Shown: in pieces, positions 29,899 to 39,228 of the stretch | How the letters are laid out: each line of letters begins with the position of its first letter | Numbering within the stretch: position 1 is the first letter of the stretch | Origin: Anaerolineae bacterium | Lineage (GTDB): Bacteria; Chloroflexota; Anaerolineae; Aggregatilineales; Phototrophicaceae | Length of the DNA stretch: 64,000 nt | Assembly (NCBI GenBank): GCA_041390885.1 | Contig: JAWKPB010000018.1 | Coordinates: forward strand, 115,165 to 179,164 | Direction: 5' to 3' | The notes under the pieces: generated by a model | What the model saw: the letters and a program-made list of their open reading frames with translations, nothing else | Told to the model about the DNA's origin: nothing | Database searches by the model: none | Position numbers and translations under genes: made by a program

Positions 29899-30324
29899 AT
29901 GTCAAATATTCGACGCGACATACTGACTGGTTGGAGAGTTCTGGTACTGGATGACGAACCGGATAGTCTGGACGTAGCCTGCCGCATTCTGCGGCACTAC
30001 GGCGCAGACGTGTACACCGCTACCAACGGGGCGGAAGGACTTGAGGCAGTGCGCGCTGTACATCCGCACTTCGTCATATCCGATCTTTCTATGCCAGTAA
30101 TGGACGGATGGGGATTTCTGGCAGAACTCAAGCAGCACCGTGAAACACTCGATATTCCTGTTATTGCCTTAACTGCACATGCAATGGTCGGTGACCGGGA
30201 AAAGGCGATCATTGCCGGTTTCCACAATTACCTCACCAAACCGCTGACCCCGGCTACTTTTATGACCGACTTGCTGCGGCTGCTGGACGGCATCCCCGAA
30301 CTGGCCGCCATGATGGCAAGCTAA
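29899..30324 (+). CDS. Single-domain response regulator
   Basis: VLDDE, SDLSMPVMDG, TAHA, KP. Confidence 0.92.
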   Translation: MSNIRRDILTGWRVLVLDDEPDSLDVACRILRHYGADVYTATNGAEGLEAVRAVHPHFVISDLSMPVMDGWGFLAELKQHRETLDIPVIALTAHAMVGDREKAIIAGFHNYLTKPLTPATFMTDLLRLLDGIPELAAMMAS

Positions 30325-30338
30325 TCAAGGAGTCGAAT

Positions 30339-30707
30339 ATGATTGAATGGCGTTTATTAGTCGTTGAAGATGATCCGGACGGACAAGAATTATTGGCTCG
30401 TATGCTGCGCTTTCATCAAATTCCATTTGATGTGGTGGTGGATGGCGAGACGGCAATGGATATGCTGGAACAGCAGAGTTACAGCGGGGCGCTGGTTGAT
30501 CTGGCGCTGCCGGGCGTGGATGGTTGGACACTGCTGGATGCCATCCGCAACAATCCAGCCACGGCGGATATGCCATGTGTGGCGATGACAGCCTATCACT
30601 CGGCTGATCTGGCGGTCAAGGCAGTCGAAGCCGGCTTCCGGGCTTATTTTCCAAAACCGCTTAATTCAACATCCTTCGTACAGGATCTGGCGCGGGTTCT
30701 GGGGTAA
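30339..30707 (+). CDS. Single-domain response regulator
   Basis: VVEDD, VDLALPGVDG, TAY, PKP. Confidence 0.92.
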   Translation: MIEWRLLVVEDDPDGQELLARMLRFHQIPFDVVVDGETAMDMLEQQSYSGALVDLALPGVDGWTLLDAIRNNPATADMPCVAMTAYHSADLAVKAVEAGFRAYFPKPLNSTSFVQDLARVLG

Positions 30708-30750
30708 ACACTCTTAGAAGAAATAGGGCGTGACAACTGCCCATCATGCC

Positions 30751-31506
30751 CTACCAGACATGCTCGCCGCCGTCGACATGTAGGACTGCACCATTCACGT
30801 AATCTTCGCCGGCGAGGTAGGCGACAGCACGCGCAACATCACCGGCGGAGCCCGTGCGCTGGAGGGGTGTACGTTCGCCGATTTTGGCCCAATCGGCATC
30901 GCTCATATTCGTGCCAGCGGGTTTCATTACCGGCCCCGGAATAACTGCATTGGCACGTATATCCGGCCCCAGCGTGGCGGCTGTGATTTGCGTGAGCATC
31001 CACAATCCCGCCTTACTCACGCTGTGGTGCGGGTAGCGCGGCCACGGTTCCAACGCCCCTTTATCCAAAATATTGACAATCACCCCGCCTGACGGGACGT
31101 TCTGGCGCATGAGGGTAGCGGCTGCCTGCGTACACAGGAAGGGCGCGGTGAGATTGGTCGCCAGTGTTTGCTGCCAATCTTCCAGTGAAAGAGTTAAAAA
31201 ATCGCGCTGCTGAAAGTTGGCAGCGCTGTTGACCAAAATATGCAGCTTGCCAAAGTGTTCTTTGAGGGCGGCGAAAATGGTATCTATGCCTTCCGGTTGG
31301 CTGATGTCGGCCTGCACGGAAAAGGCATTGACTCCCAGCGATTTGATTTCACGTACCGTCTCGACAGCTTCCTCAGTTGATGTGCCGTAATGGACGAGGA
31401 TATGTACGCCACGCCGCGCCAGTTCGAGTGCGATGGCTTTGCCCACCCGATGGGCGCCACCTGTCACCAATGCTACCCGATCCGTTAAGTCAGCATGCAT
31501 ATACAC
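30751..31506 (-). CDS. SDR oxidoreductase (pteridine reductase/FolM-like)
   Basis: TGGAHRVG, LVNSA, HSVSK, VDGG. Confidence 0.85.
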   Translation of the reverse strand: MYMHADLTDRVALVTGGAHRVGKAIALELARRGVHILVHYGTSTEEAVETVREIKSLGVNAFSVQADISQPEGIDTIFAALKEHFGKLHILVNSAANFQQRDFLTLSLEDWQQTLATNLTAPFLCTQAAATLMRQNVPSGGVIVNILDKGALEPWPRYPHHSVSKAGLWMLTQITAATLGPDIRANAVIPGPVMKPAGTNMSDADWAKIGERTPLQRTGSAGDVARAVAYLAGEDYVNGAVLHVDGGEHVW

Positions 31507-31594
31507 TTTCCTAAAAAATAGATGGGGCGACCCGGTTTAGCCTGATCGCCCCATAGTTGTGAACGAGCTTATGATTTGAATTTACGGTGCGCGG

Positions 31595-31960
31595 TTAGTA
31601 ACTACCGGGTGGCACGATACTCAGGAACAAGACGCAGACGATAACGAGAATGGTAGGCACCAGCAAGGCAATCATGAAAATCCGACTGTCCTTGTTGAGG
31701 TGCATATAGAACCAAACCACTAAGCTGGCCTTGCACACCGCAATAACAATCATGATTAAGCCAACAAGGTCAACATATCCCGGCAGTTCGCCGCGCGGAA
31801 TAACCTGCGATATGGTGACTTCGATAAGCGTTAAAATGCCGAGCAGCCCGAAAACGCCGGTGTAGAGCGGAACGGGAAAGGTGCGTCCTAAAAAGGTGAA
31901 TGAGTCGCCATGGGCATGGTCGTCGTGCTGGCTTTCAGCGATGTGTGTGATTTCGGACAT
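31595..31960 (-). CDS. Cytochrome c oxidase subunit IV (caa3-type)
   Basis: LTLIEV, KASLVVWFYMHL motif; last gene of the cta operon. Confidence 0.85.
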   Translation of the reverse strand: MSEITHIAESQHDDHAHGDSFTFLGRTFPVPLYTGVFGLLGILTLIEVTISQVIPRGELPGYVDLVGLIMIVIAVCKASLVVWFYMHLNKDSRIFMIALLVPTILVIVCVLFLSIVPPGSY

Positions 31961-31969
31961 TGCTTCCCC

Positions 31970-32632
31970 CTAGATCAAATACAACATGGTGAACAGAATA
32001 ATCCAGACCACATCCACGAAGTGCCAGTACAAACCGAACACTTCGATACCAGCATAATTTTTGCTGCTGTAGTTGCCTTTGCGGGCGTTGTTCATGACGA
32101 ACAAACCCCACAGAACACCCACGATAACGTGCGCACCGTGAAAGGCGGTGGGGGCGTAGAAGCGCATGCCAAAGCCATCAAATTCGTTGCCCTGATTAAA
32201 CAGAGCGACACCCATATGTGACAGCTCGTTGTATTCAACATATTGCAGACCAACAAACACCGCCCCCAGCAGGCACATCAGCCCGAACCAGCGCAGCAGA
32301 CCTTCGCGGTTGTCGCGCTGAATTTCGCGCAGTCCCATAACCATCGCCCAACTGCTGGTGAGCAGCAGGAAGGTGTTGATGGTCACCAAGAGAATATTGG
32401 CTTCGTGGTGGACTTTGGCAACGATATCGGGATGGTGGAAACGGAATACAACAAACACCGCGATCAAGGTAGCGAAGATGACCACCTCGGACGCTAAATA
32501 CATCCAGGTAGCGGTCTTAAGATTTGCCATGCGCCCGCCAGCATCCTGCACATGACCGTGTCCATGATCGTCATGGGCGTGAACAGCTTCGGCGCTGTGA
32601 GCCTTTTCGATGCTCATTTCACTCATCGTCAT
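31970..32632 (-). CDS. ctaE: Cytochrome c oxidase subunit III
   Basis: YLASEVVIF, LLTSS, FHGAHV, GLYWHFVDVVW. Confidence 0.92.
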   Translation of the reverse strand: MTMSEMSIEKAHSAEAVHAHDDHGHGHVQDAGGRMANLKTATWMYLASEVVIFATLIAVFVVFRFHHPDIVAKVHHEANILLVTINTFLLLTSSWAMVMGLREIQRDNREGLLRWFGLMCLLGAVFVGLQYVEYNELSHMGVALFNQGNEFDGFGMRFYAPTAFHGAHVIVGVLWGLFVMNNARKGNYSSKNYAGIEVFGLYWHFVDVVWIILFTMLYLI

Positions 32633-32638
32633 TAACTC

Positions 32639-33859
32639 CTATTTCTGCCCAATGAAACCGGGCAGACCGTTACGCAGCAGATTCGCCAACCAACCCGCAG
32701 CCTCTGGTATCAGATTATTCCAGTCAATCTTGCCAAAGGCTTCGCGCACGGAAGCGGGAATGATGAGGCGCAGATACGGCATGGGCAGTATTAGCAGGAA
32801 ACTCAAGGCTACGACCAGCACCGAGAACAACATCTGCCAGAAATCCGTGCGGGTCAGGCTAATGGTATAGAGGAAAGTCAGGATGACCAACACCGAAAGC
32901 ACAAGGCCAGCAGCGATACGCCAGACACGTTCCGACAGGGTGTGCAGCAGTAAGTTGAAGACCAGCGAGACAACCGCGACGCCAATAATGGCAAACATAA
33001 TACTGGCGATCTCGGTCACTTTGATGTTTGGAACCAACACGGGCAGCGGCAGGCAGATCAGCACCAGCAGCGCCCAGATGGGCTTACGGTACGCGATCAG
33101 CAGCAGCAGAGGCGGCAGTAGAAATGCCGGAACCACAAGCGCCATCGGTACTTCTTTACTGGCGACCAGCAGCGGTACCTGCAGCAGTGGCGCGGCGATA
33201 CCCAGTATGAAGACTAACACCCGCCACGGAATAGGAGCCGCGTCGGGATTTTTCTTGCCCTGCCCAAAGTAGCTGACCAAGAAGGCGAAGAGCGCGCCAG
33301 CCACAAACAGAGAGAGCATCATGATGGCGACGAAGACAATGAAGATCACCAGATAGCTGATTTCAATCTGCGCCAGATTGTCGGCCATTGGGGGCAGCAA
33401 ATCGAGCGCGGTGGCCGTCTTCAGAAATTCACGCACTGGTTCATAAATGCCGCCCAGCGTGACAAAGCCCACGCTGGCAACATCACCCTGTCCGGGGTGA
33501 ACGTTACGGACATGGGGGCCGCCGGGCACGAAGGCAAATACGGCAATCGCCAAAATGCCCAGAATAAGCCAGAAGGTCATCTGCCATGTGAAATTACTGA
33601 GCAGTCCGGTGGGGGTGGTGAAAACGGGTTTCCTGGCTTCTTCAATGGCGTGGTCGCCGTGCAGGTTCATCTTGGGGTCAAAAGCCCCCATACCCCACAC
33701 GAATGTACCTGCCGAAATAAAAGCGCCCAGCACAAAAGCTGGCCCTACTGAACCAGCCGGATCAAGCCCCTGTGCTAACCGGATGACCAGCGCCAACAGT
33801 GCACCGCCCACAAAGCCGAGTATTCCCATCGGAACGGCACGGGCAAGTCCTGGTTGCAT
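32639..33859 (-). CDS. Unknown polytopic membrane protein inside the oxidase operon
   Basis: 406 aa with roughly 10 hydrophobic segments; GGAGG RBS; 6 bp from ctaE. Confidence 0.8.
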   Translation of the reverse strand: MQPGLARAVPMGILGFVGGALLALVIRLAQGLDPAGSVGPAFVLGAFISAGTFVWGMGAFDPKMNLHGDHAIEEARKPVFTTPTGLLSNFTWQMTFWLILGILAIAVFAFVPGGPHVRNVHPGQGDVASVGFVTLGGIYEPVREFLKTATALDLLPPMADNLAQIEISYLVIFIVFVAIMMLSLFVAGALFAFLVSYFGQGKKNPDAAPIPWRVLVFILGIAAPLLQVPLLVASKEVPMALVVPAFLLPPLLLLIAYRKPIWALLVLICLPLPVLVPNIKVTEIASIMFAIIGVAVVSLVFNLLLHTLSERVWRIAAGLVLSVLVILTFLYTISLTRTDFWQMLFSVLVVALSFLLILPMPYLRLIIPASVREAFGKIDWNNLIPEAAGWLANLLRNGLPGFIGQK

Positions 33860-33925
33860 AACTCATTCCTCCCTCAAGACGCGGTGGTTAATCATAGCAT
33901 CAACCCACCGCCCGATTTTACCGCA

Positions 33926-34501
33926 TCAAATGATATATAACACCACGTAAAACAAGACCCACGCCACAGTCACGAAATCCCAGAGGCTGGCACCGCCTTC
34001 AACGGGCCAGAAGTGCGTGGGAGTGTAATGACCGGCGCGGCCATTTTGATAAACCCGAATGAGATAGTAGCCAATCGCCAGCGCGTGTATATGGTGGAAG
34101 CCAACCATCAAACGATAGACGTTTTGATACTGCCCGCTGCCGGGCGCTGCCACAAATTCGTAACCCATACCGATGGCGAAAACCACGCCCAGTAGCAAAC
34201 CGACGCGCCAATTGGCAGCGAAACTATCCCGTTTGTCTGCTTTCAAAGCCCGCATACCACGCCGCATAAAAACGCTGCTGGCGACGAGCGCCACTGTCAT
34301 GAGTGTGGGGATGACGAGGCTGACTTCCACACCCACTGGCGGCCACGCGGTTTGCTGTCCCCGCAGCCACAAATTAACGATGACCAAGCAAATAAAAGCC
34401 ATGATCCAAGAAATCTGGAAGACGATGAGTCCAACCCGCTTGTTCTTGAGATCAAGCTGTTCCTGCCGGGTAAGCGTTTGTTCCAATGCATTCTGAGCCA
34501 T
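33926..34501 (-). CDS. Second subunit III-like protein
   Basis: LVASS, GFHHIH, LWDFVTVAW..LY. Confidence 0.85.
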   Translation of the reverse strand: MAQNALEQTLTRQEQLDLKNKRVGLIVFQISWIMAFICLVIVNLWLRGQQTAWPPVGVEVSLVIPTLMTVALVASSVFMRRGMRALKADKRDSFAANWRVGLLLGVVFAIGMGYEFVAAPGSGQYQNVYRLMVGFHHIHALAIGYYLIRVYQNGRAGHYTPTHFWPVEGGASLWDFVTVAWVLFYVVLYII

Positions 34502-34564
34502 GTTATTCTGATAAAATCCGCTATCCATTCCAAACGTCAAACGATAAAACAGCAATTCAGCAAG

Positions 34565-34620
34565 CAAGGGGCTTAAGCCCCTTGTTCAGGCATCAGTAGG
34601 GGCGGGTTTGAAACCCGCCC
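34565..34620 (+). repeat. Hairpin plus GTAG REP variant inside the cta operon
   Basis: CAAGGGGCTTAAGCCCCTTG (34565-84); GTAG-GGGCGGGTTTGAAACCCGCCC (34596-620). Confidence 0.75.
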
Positions 34621-34636
34621 CCATGTGGTGTCACTA

Positions 34637-36355
34637 TCAGTCCCCTGCCGAAGGCGCAGGTAGTGGAGCCGGGCGTGGCACAGTGGTGTCTTCGCCTAAA
34701 CCAAAACGGCGGTCAATTTCATCCAGATACGCCTGTGAGCCTTCGCTGCCATAACCATAAGGATCGGTAAAAGGCACAGGGTCACTAATGAAGTTGGTCG
34801 GAGGAGGAGGCGAGGTCGTAGCCCACTCAAGTGTCAGCGCACGCCACGGGTTGGCGCCAGCGATCTTGCCATTACGCAGACTGACGATTAGATTGTAGAT
34901 GAGGATGAAGGTAGACAGCCCCAACACAAAAGCTGCAAAGCTGATCAGTTTATTGACACCTTCAAATTCCGGTAGATAGTAGGCCACACGGCGCGGCATC
35001 CCCAACATACCAACAAGGTTCATGGGGAAGAAGGTGAAAAAGAAGCCGATGTAGGTGAGCGCAAAATGCCACTTGCCCAAGCGCTCGTCCAACATACGTC
35101 CGGTAATCTTGGGAAACCAGTGATAGATACCGGCGTAGATGGCGAATACGCTGCCGCCAAAGAGAACGAAGTGGAAGTGGGAGACGACGAAATAGGTGTC
35201 ATGGACATGAATGTCGAAGGGGATCATCGCCAGCATAACACCGCCGATGCCGCCGATGACGAACATGGAGAGGAAGCCTAACCCAAAGAGCATGGCGCTG
35301 GTAAACCGTATCTTGCCACCCCAGAGCGTACCCAGCCAGCTAAATATTTTGATGCCGGTTGGCACAGCGATAATCATGGACGTGATCATGAAGGGGATAC
35401 GAAGTTCAGGGGCGATGCTGGTGAACATGTGATGCGCCCACACCGTAAAGCCGACGATACCAATCGCCATGCTGGACATGGCAATCATCTTATAACCAAA
35501 GACCGGTTTGCGGGAATGGACTGACAACACTTCCGAAAGGATGCCCATGCCCGGTAGCACCATGATATACACGGCGGGATGGCTGTAGAACCAGAAGATG
35601 TTCTGCCAGAGCTGCGGGTCGCCGCCCTTTGACGCATCAAAGAAACTAGTTCCGGCAATGCGGTCAAGGATGAGCAAAGTCAGCGCGCCAGCCAAGAAGG
35701 GGGTAGCCATGACGACAATAATAGAAGTCGCCAGAATTGCCCAGCAGAACAGCGGCATCTGCCACCATCCCATACCGGGCGGACGCATATTCATAATGGT
35801 CACAATAAAATTGATGGCACCCAAAATTGAGGAAACACCGAGAATGTGGGCTGCCAGCGCCGCTAGTGTTTGACCATCACCGGTAAAGAGCGTGCTCAGC
35901 GGCGGATACATGGTCCAACCGGACTCCGGCGCGCCGACAAACAGGCTGCCAATAAACAGGATACCGGCTGGTGGAATGAGCCAGAAGGCAAAGGCATTTA
36001 ACCACGGGAAGGCCATATCTTTAGCGCCAAGCTGAAGTGGCAAAATGTAATTGCCGAAGGCCGCCATCATCGGAATGATCCAGAGGAAGATCATGACGAG
36101 GCCGTGCGTTGTGAACAGGGTATTGTACTCCGCCCCTGTCCGTACCAGATCCAGATTCGGTGTCAGCAGTTCCCAGCGGATCAACATCGCCAGCGTACCA
36201 CCCACGATGAAGAAGAACAGCGCGGTTACACCGTACTGCACACCGATGATCTTGTGGTCAACGCTCCATTTCAGGTAGTCGCTGACGCGCAATTTTGGCT
36301 GTTCAGCCTCCTGCGCTCCGCCGTGTGCGCCGACCGGTACACTAATGCTTGCCAT
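34637..36355 (-). CDS. ctaD: Cytochrome c oxidase subunit I, type A2
   Basis: DHKIIG, DMAFP, GWTMYPPL, WFYSHPAVY (A2 YS motif), WAHH, HDTYFVVSHFH, MPRR. Confidence 0.96.
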   Translation of the reverse strand: MASISVPVGAHGGAQEAEQPKLRVSDYLKWSVDHKIIGVQYGVTALFFFIVGGTLAMLIRWELLTPNLDLVRTGAEYNTLFTTHGLVMIFLWIIPMMAAFGNYILPLQLGAKDMAFPWLNAFAFWLIPPAGILFIGSLFVGAPESGWTMYPPLSTLFTGDGQTLAALAAHILGVSSILGAINFIVTIMNMRPPGMGWWQMPLFCWAILATSIIVVMATPFLAGALTLLILDRIAGTSFFDASKGGDPQLWQNIFWFYSHPAVYIMVLPGMGILSEVLSVHSRKPVFGYKMIAMSSMAIGIVGFTVWAHHMFTSIAPELRIPFMITSMIIAVPTGIKIFSWLGTLWGGKIRFTSAMLFGLGFLSMFVIGGIGGVMLAMIPFDIHVHDTYFVVSHFHFVLFGGSVFAIYAGIYHWFPKITGRMLDERLGKWHFALTYIGFFFTFFPMNLVGMLGMPRRVAYYLPEFEGVNKLISFAAFVLGLSTFILIYNLIVSLRNGKIAGANPWRALTLEWATTSPPPPTNFISDPVPFTDPYGYGSEGSQAYLDEIDRRFGLGEDTTVPRPAPLPAPSAGD

Positions 36356-36404
36356 ACTACTAATCCCTTTCCTCAGAGCTTCCAAAACACGTCTGTGTCT
36401 AAGC

Positions 36405-36428
36405 GGGCGAGGCGAGCCTCGCCCCTAC
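36405..36428 (-). repeat. GTAG-type REP
   Basis: GGGCGAGGCGAGCCTCGCCC-CTAC. Confidence 0.8.
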
Positions 36429-36439
36429 TGTAATTTCAT

Positions 36440-37744
36440 TTAACTGGCCGGCGTAGGCTCGACAGTGGCTTCACCGGTCGGTGCAGCTTCCACCGTCGCC
36501 TCACTTGATGGGGCCGCAGCACCCGTGTCGGTTATGACGCATTGGGCGGGCTGAGTCACTTCAAAAGGCGCTGAGCCGCTTTCAGACTGGGTTGCCAGAT
36601 AGGCCACAATCGCCCACGCATCGCATTCCGGAATATTCAACTGCGGCATCAACGCGCCATAACCGGGAACGAGATAAGCCGACGGTTCGTGAACAGCGGT
36701 ATACAAATACTCAGCAGGTGTCTGACCGGTAGCACTGGCGCGACTGGAGGCCACACGGTCAGCTATGCCGTTGAGCGCTGGACCGACATTGCCTGCCCAC
36801 GGCTGCGGCGCTTCGGTCAGGTCTGACAGTACGTGGCAGGTGTAGCAGGGGTAAACGTTGCTGGACAGAATCTTGCGGCCACGCAGCACGGGATCAGCCG
36901 GAGGATGAATCTTTTCATCCATCATCGGTACCATCATCTGGTTGAAGCCCTGCTCATTGTCCAGTACCACGACTTCGGAACGCATGAGGCCATGATTGGC
37001 GCCGCACAGTTCGGCACATTCAATCGGATACGTTCCGGCAATCGTCGGCGTAAAACGAATACTAGTCGTACGACCGGGAATCAAATCCTGCTTAAGACGA
37101 AAGGCCGGTATCCAAAACGCATGAATAACGTCTTTGGGTTCCATTTCCATTACAACAGGCTGTCCGACATAGGTATATAAAATGGGTGAAGTGACAGAGA
37201 GAAGACCATCAGCCTCAACATCAGCCCGCACATCTTCCGGCAGCTTGGTTAGATCAACCTGTTCAGGCATGATGCTGAGCGGCACATCATAGGTAAACGC
37301 CCAGTTGAAACGCGCACCTGCGGCAAAGACTTTGGCTTCATCTGGCTTGGGCGTAAATATGGTATCAAAAACTTGCCAACTCAGAATAGTCAGAACGACC
37401 ACGATGACGGCGGGGATGGCCGTCCAAACAATTTCAAGGGTGGTACTGCCGTGAATATACGCGCCATCGCTGGTATCACCGGGCTTGGCGCGGAAGCGAA
37501 TGATCGAAAAAACGAGCATGCCCTGCACCAACAAGAAGATTGCCCCGCCGATGACCAGCGAAATATGGAAGAGGTCATCAACAGGTTTGGCTTCTGCCGA
37601 TGCCGGTGGTGGGAACAGTTGCGGGGTCAGTGTACCAATAAGGACACCACCCAGAATGAGCAAAACGCCCGCTACGATGACGATAATAATAGTGCTGCCA
37701 CTAATACCGCCGCTACTCGGTTTTGGAGGATGAATTGAAGCCAT
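36440..37744 (-). CDS. ctaC: Cytochrome c oxidase subunit II with fused cytochrome c
   Basis: LEIVWTAIP, DVIHAFW, CAELCGANHGLM (CuA), CYTCH heme motif. Confidence 0.95.
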   Translation of the reverse strand: MASIHPPKPSSGGISGSTIIIVIVAGVLLILGGVLIGTLTPQLFPPPASAEAKPVDDLFHISLVIGGAIFLLVQGMLVFSIIRFRAKPGDTSDGAYIHGSTTLEIVWTAIPAVIVVVLTILSWQVFDTIFTPKPDEAKVFAAGARFNWAFTYDVPLSIMPEQVDLTKLPEDVRADVEADGLLSVTSPILYTYVGQPVVMEMEPKDVIHAFWIPAFRLKQDLIPGRTTSIRFTPTIAGTYPIECAELCGANHGLMRSEVVVLDNEQGFNQMMVPMMDEKIHPPADPVLRGRKILSSNVYPCYTCHVLSDLTEAPQPWAGNVGPALNGIADRVASSRASATGQTPAEYLYTAVHEPSAYLVPGYGALMPQLNIPECDAWAIVAYLATQSESGSAPFEVTQPAQCVITDTGAAAPSSEATVEAAPTGEATVEPTPAS

Positions 37745-37872
37745 AGAATTTCCTGCTAGCCACAACAAAAAGTGAAGTCAACCAACAAAGGTCATGAAAT
37801 TCTAAACCAAACTGCCATCTTGTGATGACTTGTGGTATTGTGTACATTTGGCGAAAATTGCCACAATGGACA

Positions 37873-37890
37873 TTGTTAAATTTTACACAA
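37873..37890. promoter_or_regulatory. Putative Rex operator
   Basis: TTGTTAA-ATTT-TACACAA versus TTGTGAA-N4-TTCACAA (2 mismatches), upstream of the cta operon. Confidence 0.45.
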
Positions 37891-37984
37891 GATTCAACGA
37901 TTTGCAAAAGAATTCTCATATAGAGGGTGCTGTATAACATAGTTGAGTTGGATAAATATGGGCGTTTTGACGAATGGGCAGATA

Positions 37985-38365
37985 ATGGACGAAAATCAAA
38001 AGCAATGTACGAGGCAGGTCAGCCCACAACCATCTCTTCTTTCTTGACATTGTAACACAGGACGGCAACTGGCAGCGCCAGCTACAACAAAGGAGATCTG
38101 GTAATCGGGCGCAGTGCTCAACGCTGCGATCTGGTTTTTAATAACACACGCGTGTCGCGTATACCTGCGCGTGTCGCGCACAGTAGATAAAGGTATCACC
38201 ATCACGGATTTGTATTCGGCAAACGGTACGCTGTTTGATGGTCACCAGCTTGAGCCGGGCGTGCCGATTACATGGCTTATCAACCAAACGGCGGTAATTG
38301 GTGATGTTCGCCTGACGCTGCGCTACGGCAATATAGATACCAAGCGGTTGGATGAGATGGGGTAA
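37985..38365 (+). pseudogene. FHA-domain protein broken by small indels (probably sequence error)
   Basis: LVIGRS..CDLVF...VSR and DLYSANGT FHA motifs lie in different frames. Confidence 0.7.
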
Positions 38366-38498
38366 CAGCCCAGACACCTTCTCGAATTATTCAAAAGTAC
38401 CAAACGCAGCTTAATGGTATAGCCTTCTGCTAATGACCAGATCTTGGGCGGCATGCTATACTACAAAGACCAATTCATTACAGTTTTGATGACTGACC

Positions 38499-39191
38499 AT
38501 GACCAGTGAACCTATACCGTCTGCATTGGCGAAATTAATCTGGACTCACCCGGCGACGGGTGACGTGCAAGAGTATGTTTTGACCGAAGGGGCAACGGCC
38601 TCTATCGGGCGGCAGGCGGACAACGACATCTGTATCCCGGAACAACATGTCTCGCGGCAACACGCCGTCATCAGCTATCGCGATGGCTTATTCCTGATAA
38701 CGGATTCAGGCAGCGCGAACGGCACATTCGTCAACGATGCTCAGATCAAACAGCCCTTTCCGCTGGCTTCGGATGACGTGATCCGTCTATATGTGCCGAC
38801 TATCCGCTTCTCGGCGGTGGTGACGCAGGAAGATCAAGACAATGCCAGCCGCAACGGAACACTGATTACCGCTTCGATCAGCTCCGGCAAAGGGAAACTC
38901 ATCATCACCACCGGCCCGCAGGAAGGGCAAACCATTCCGCTGTTGTTGAAGAACATTCGGGTGGGACGGGCGACCAGCAAAGCCAATTGGGAAATTGCGC
39001 TGCAAGATGCCTCAGTCTCCCGCCCGCACGCACGGCTGGAATTGGTCAACGACAATTGGGTGGTGTACGATCTGGGCAGCGCCAACGGCACGACGGTCAA
39101 CGATGTGGTGGTCAACGAAAAAGGCCGCCCACTGCGGGACGGCGACATCATCGTTTTCGGCAAAACATATCTACTGTTCCGGGCGGGGTGA
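38499..39191 (+). CDS. Tandem FHA-domain protein
   Basis: Two sets of GR..VSRxHA..D.GSANGT. Confidence 0.92.
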   Translation: MTSEPIPSALAKLIWTHPATGDVQEYVLTEGATASIGRQADNDICIPEQHVSRQHAVISYRDGLFLITDSGSANGTFVNDAQIKQPFPLASDDVIRLYVPTIRFSAVVTQEDQDNASRNGTLITASISSGKGKLIITTGPQEGQTIPLLLKNIRVGRATSKANWEIALQDASVSRPHARLELVNDNWVVYDLGSANGTTVNDVVVNEKGRPLRDGDIIVFGKTYLLFRAG

Positions 39192-39228
39192 GGTCATTTA
39201 ACCCCACCCACCAAACTCCGCTTAACAC

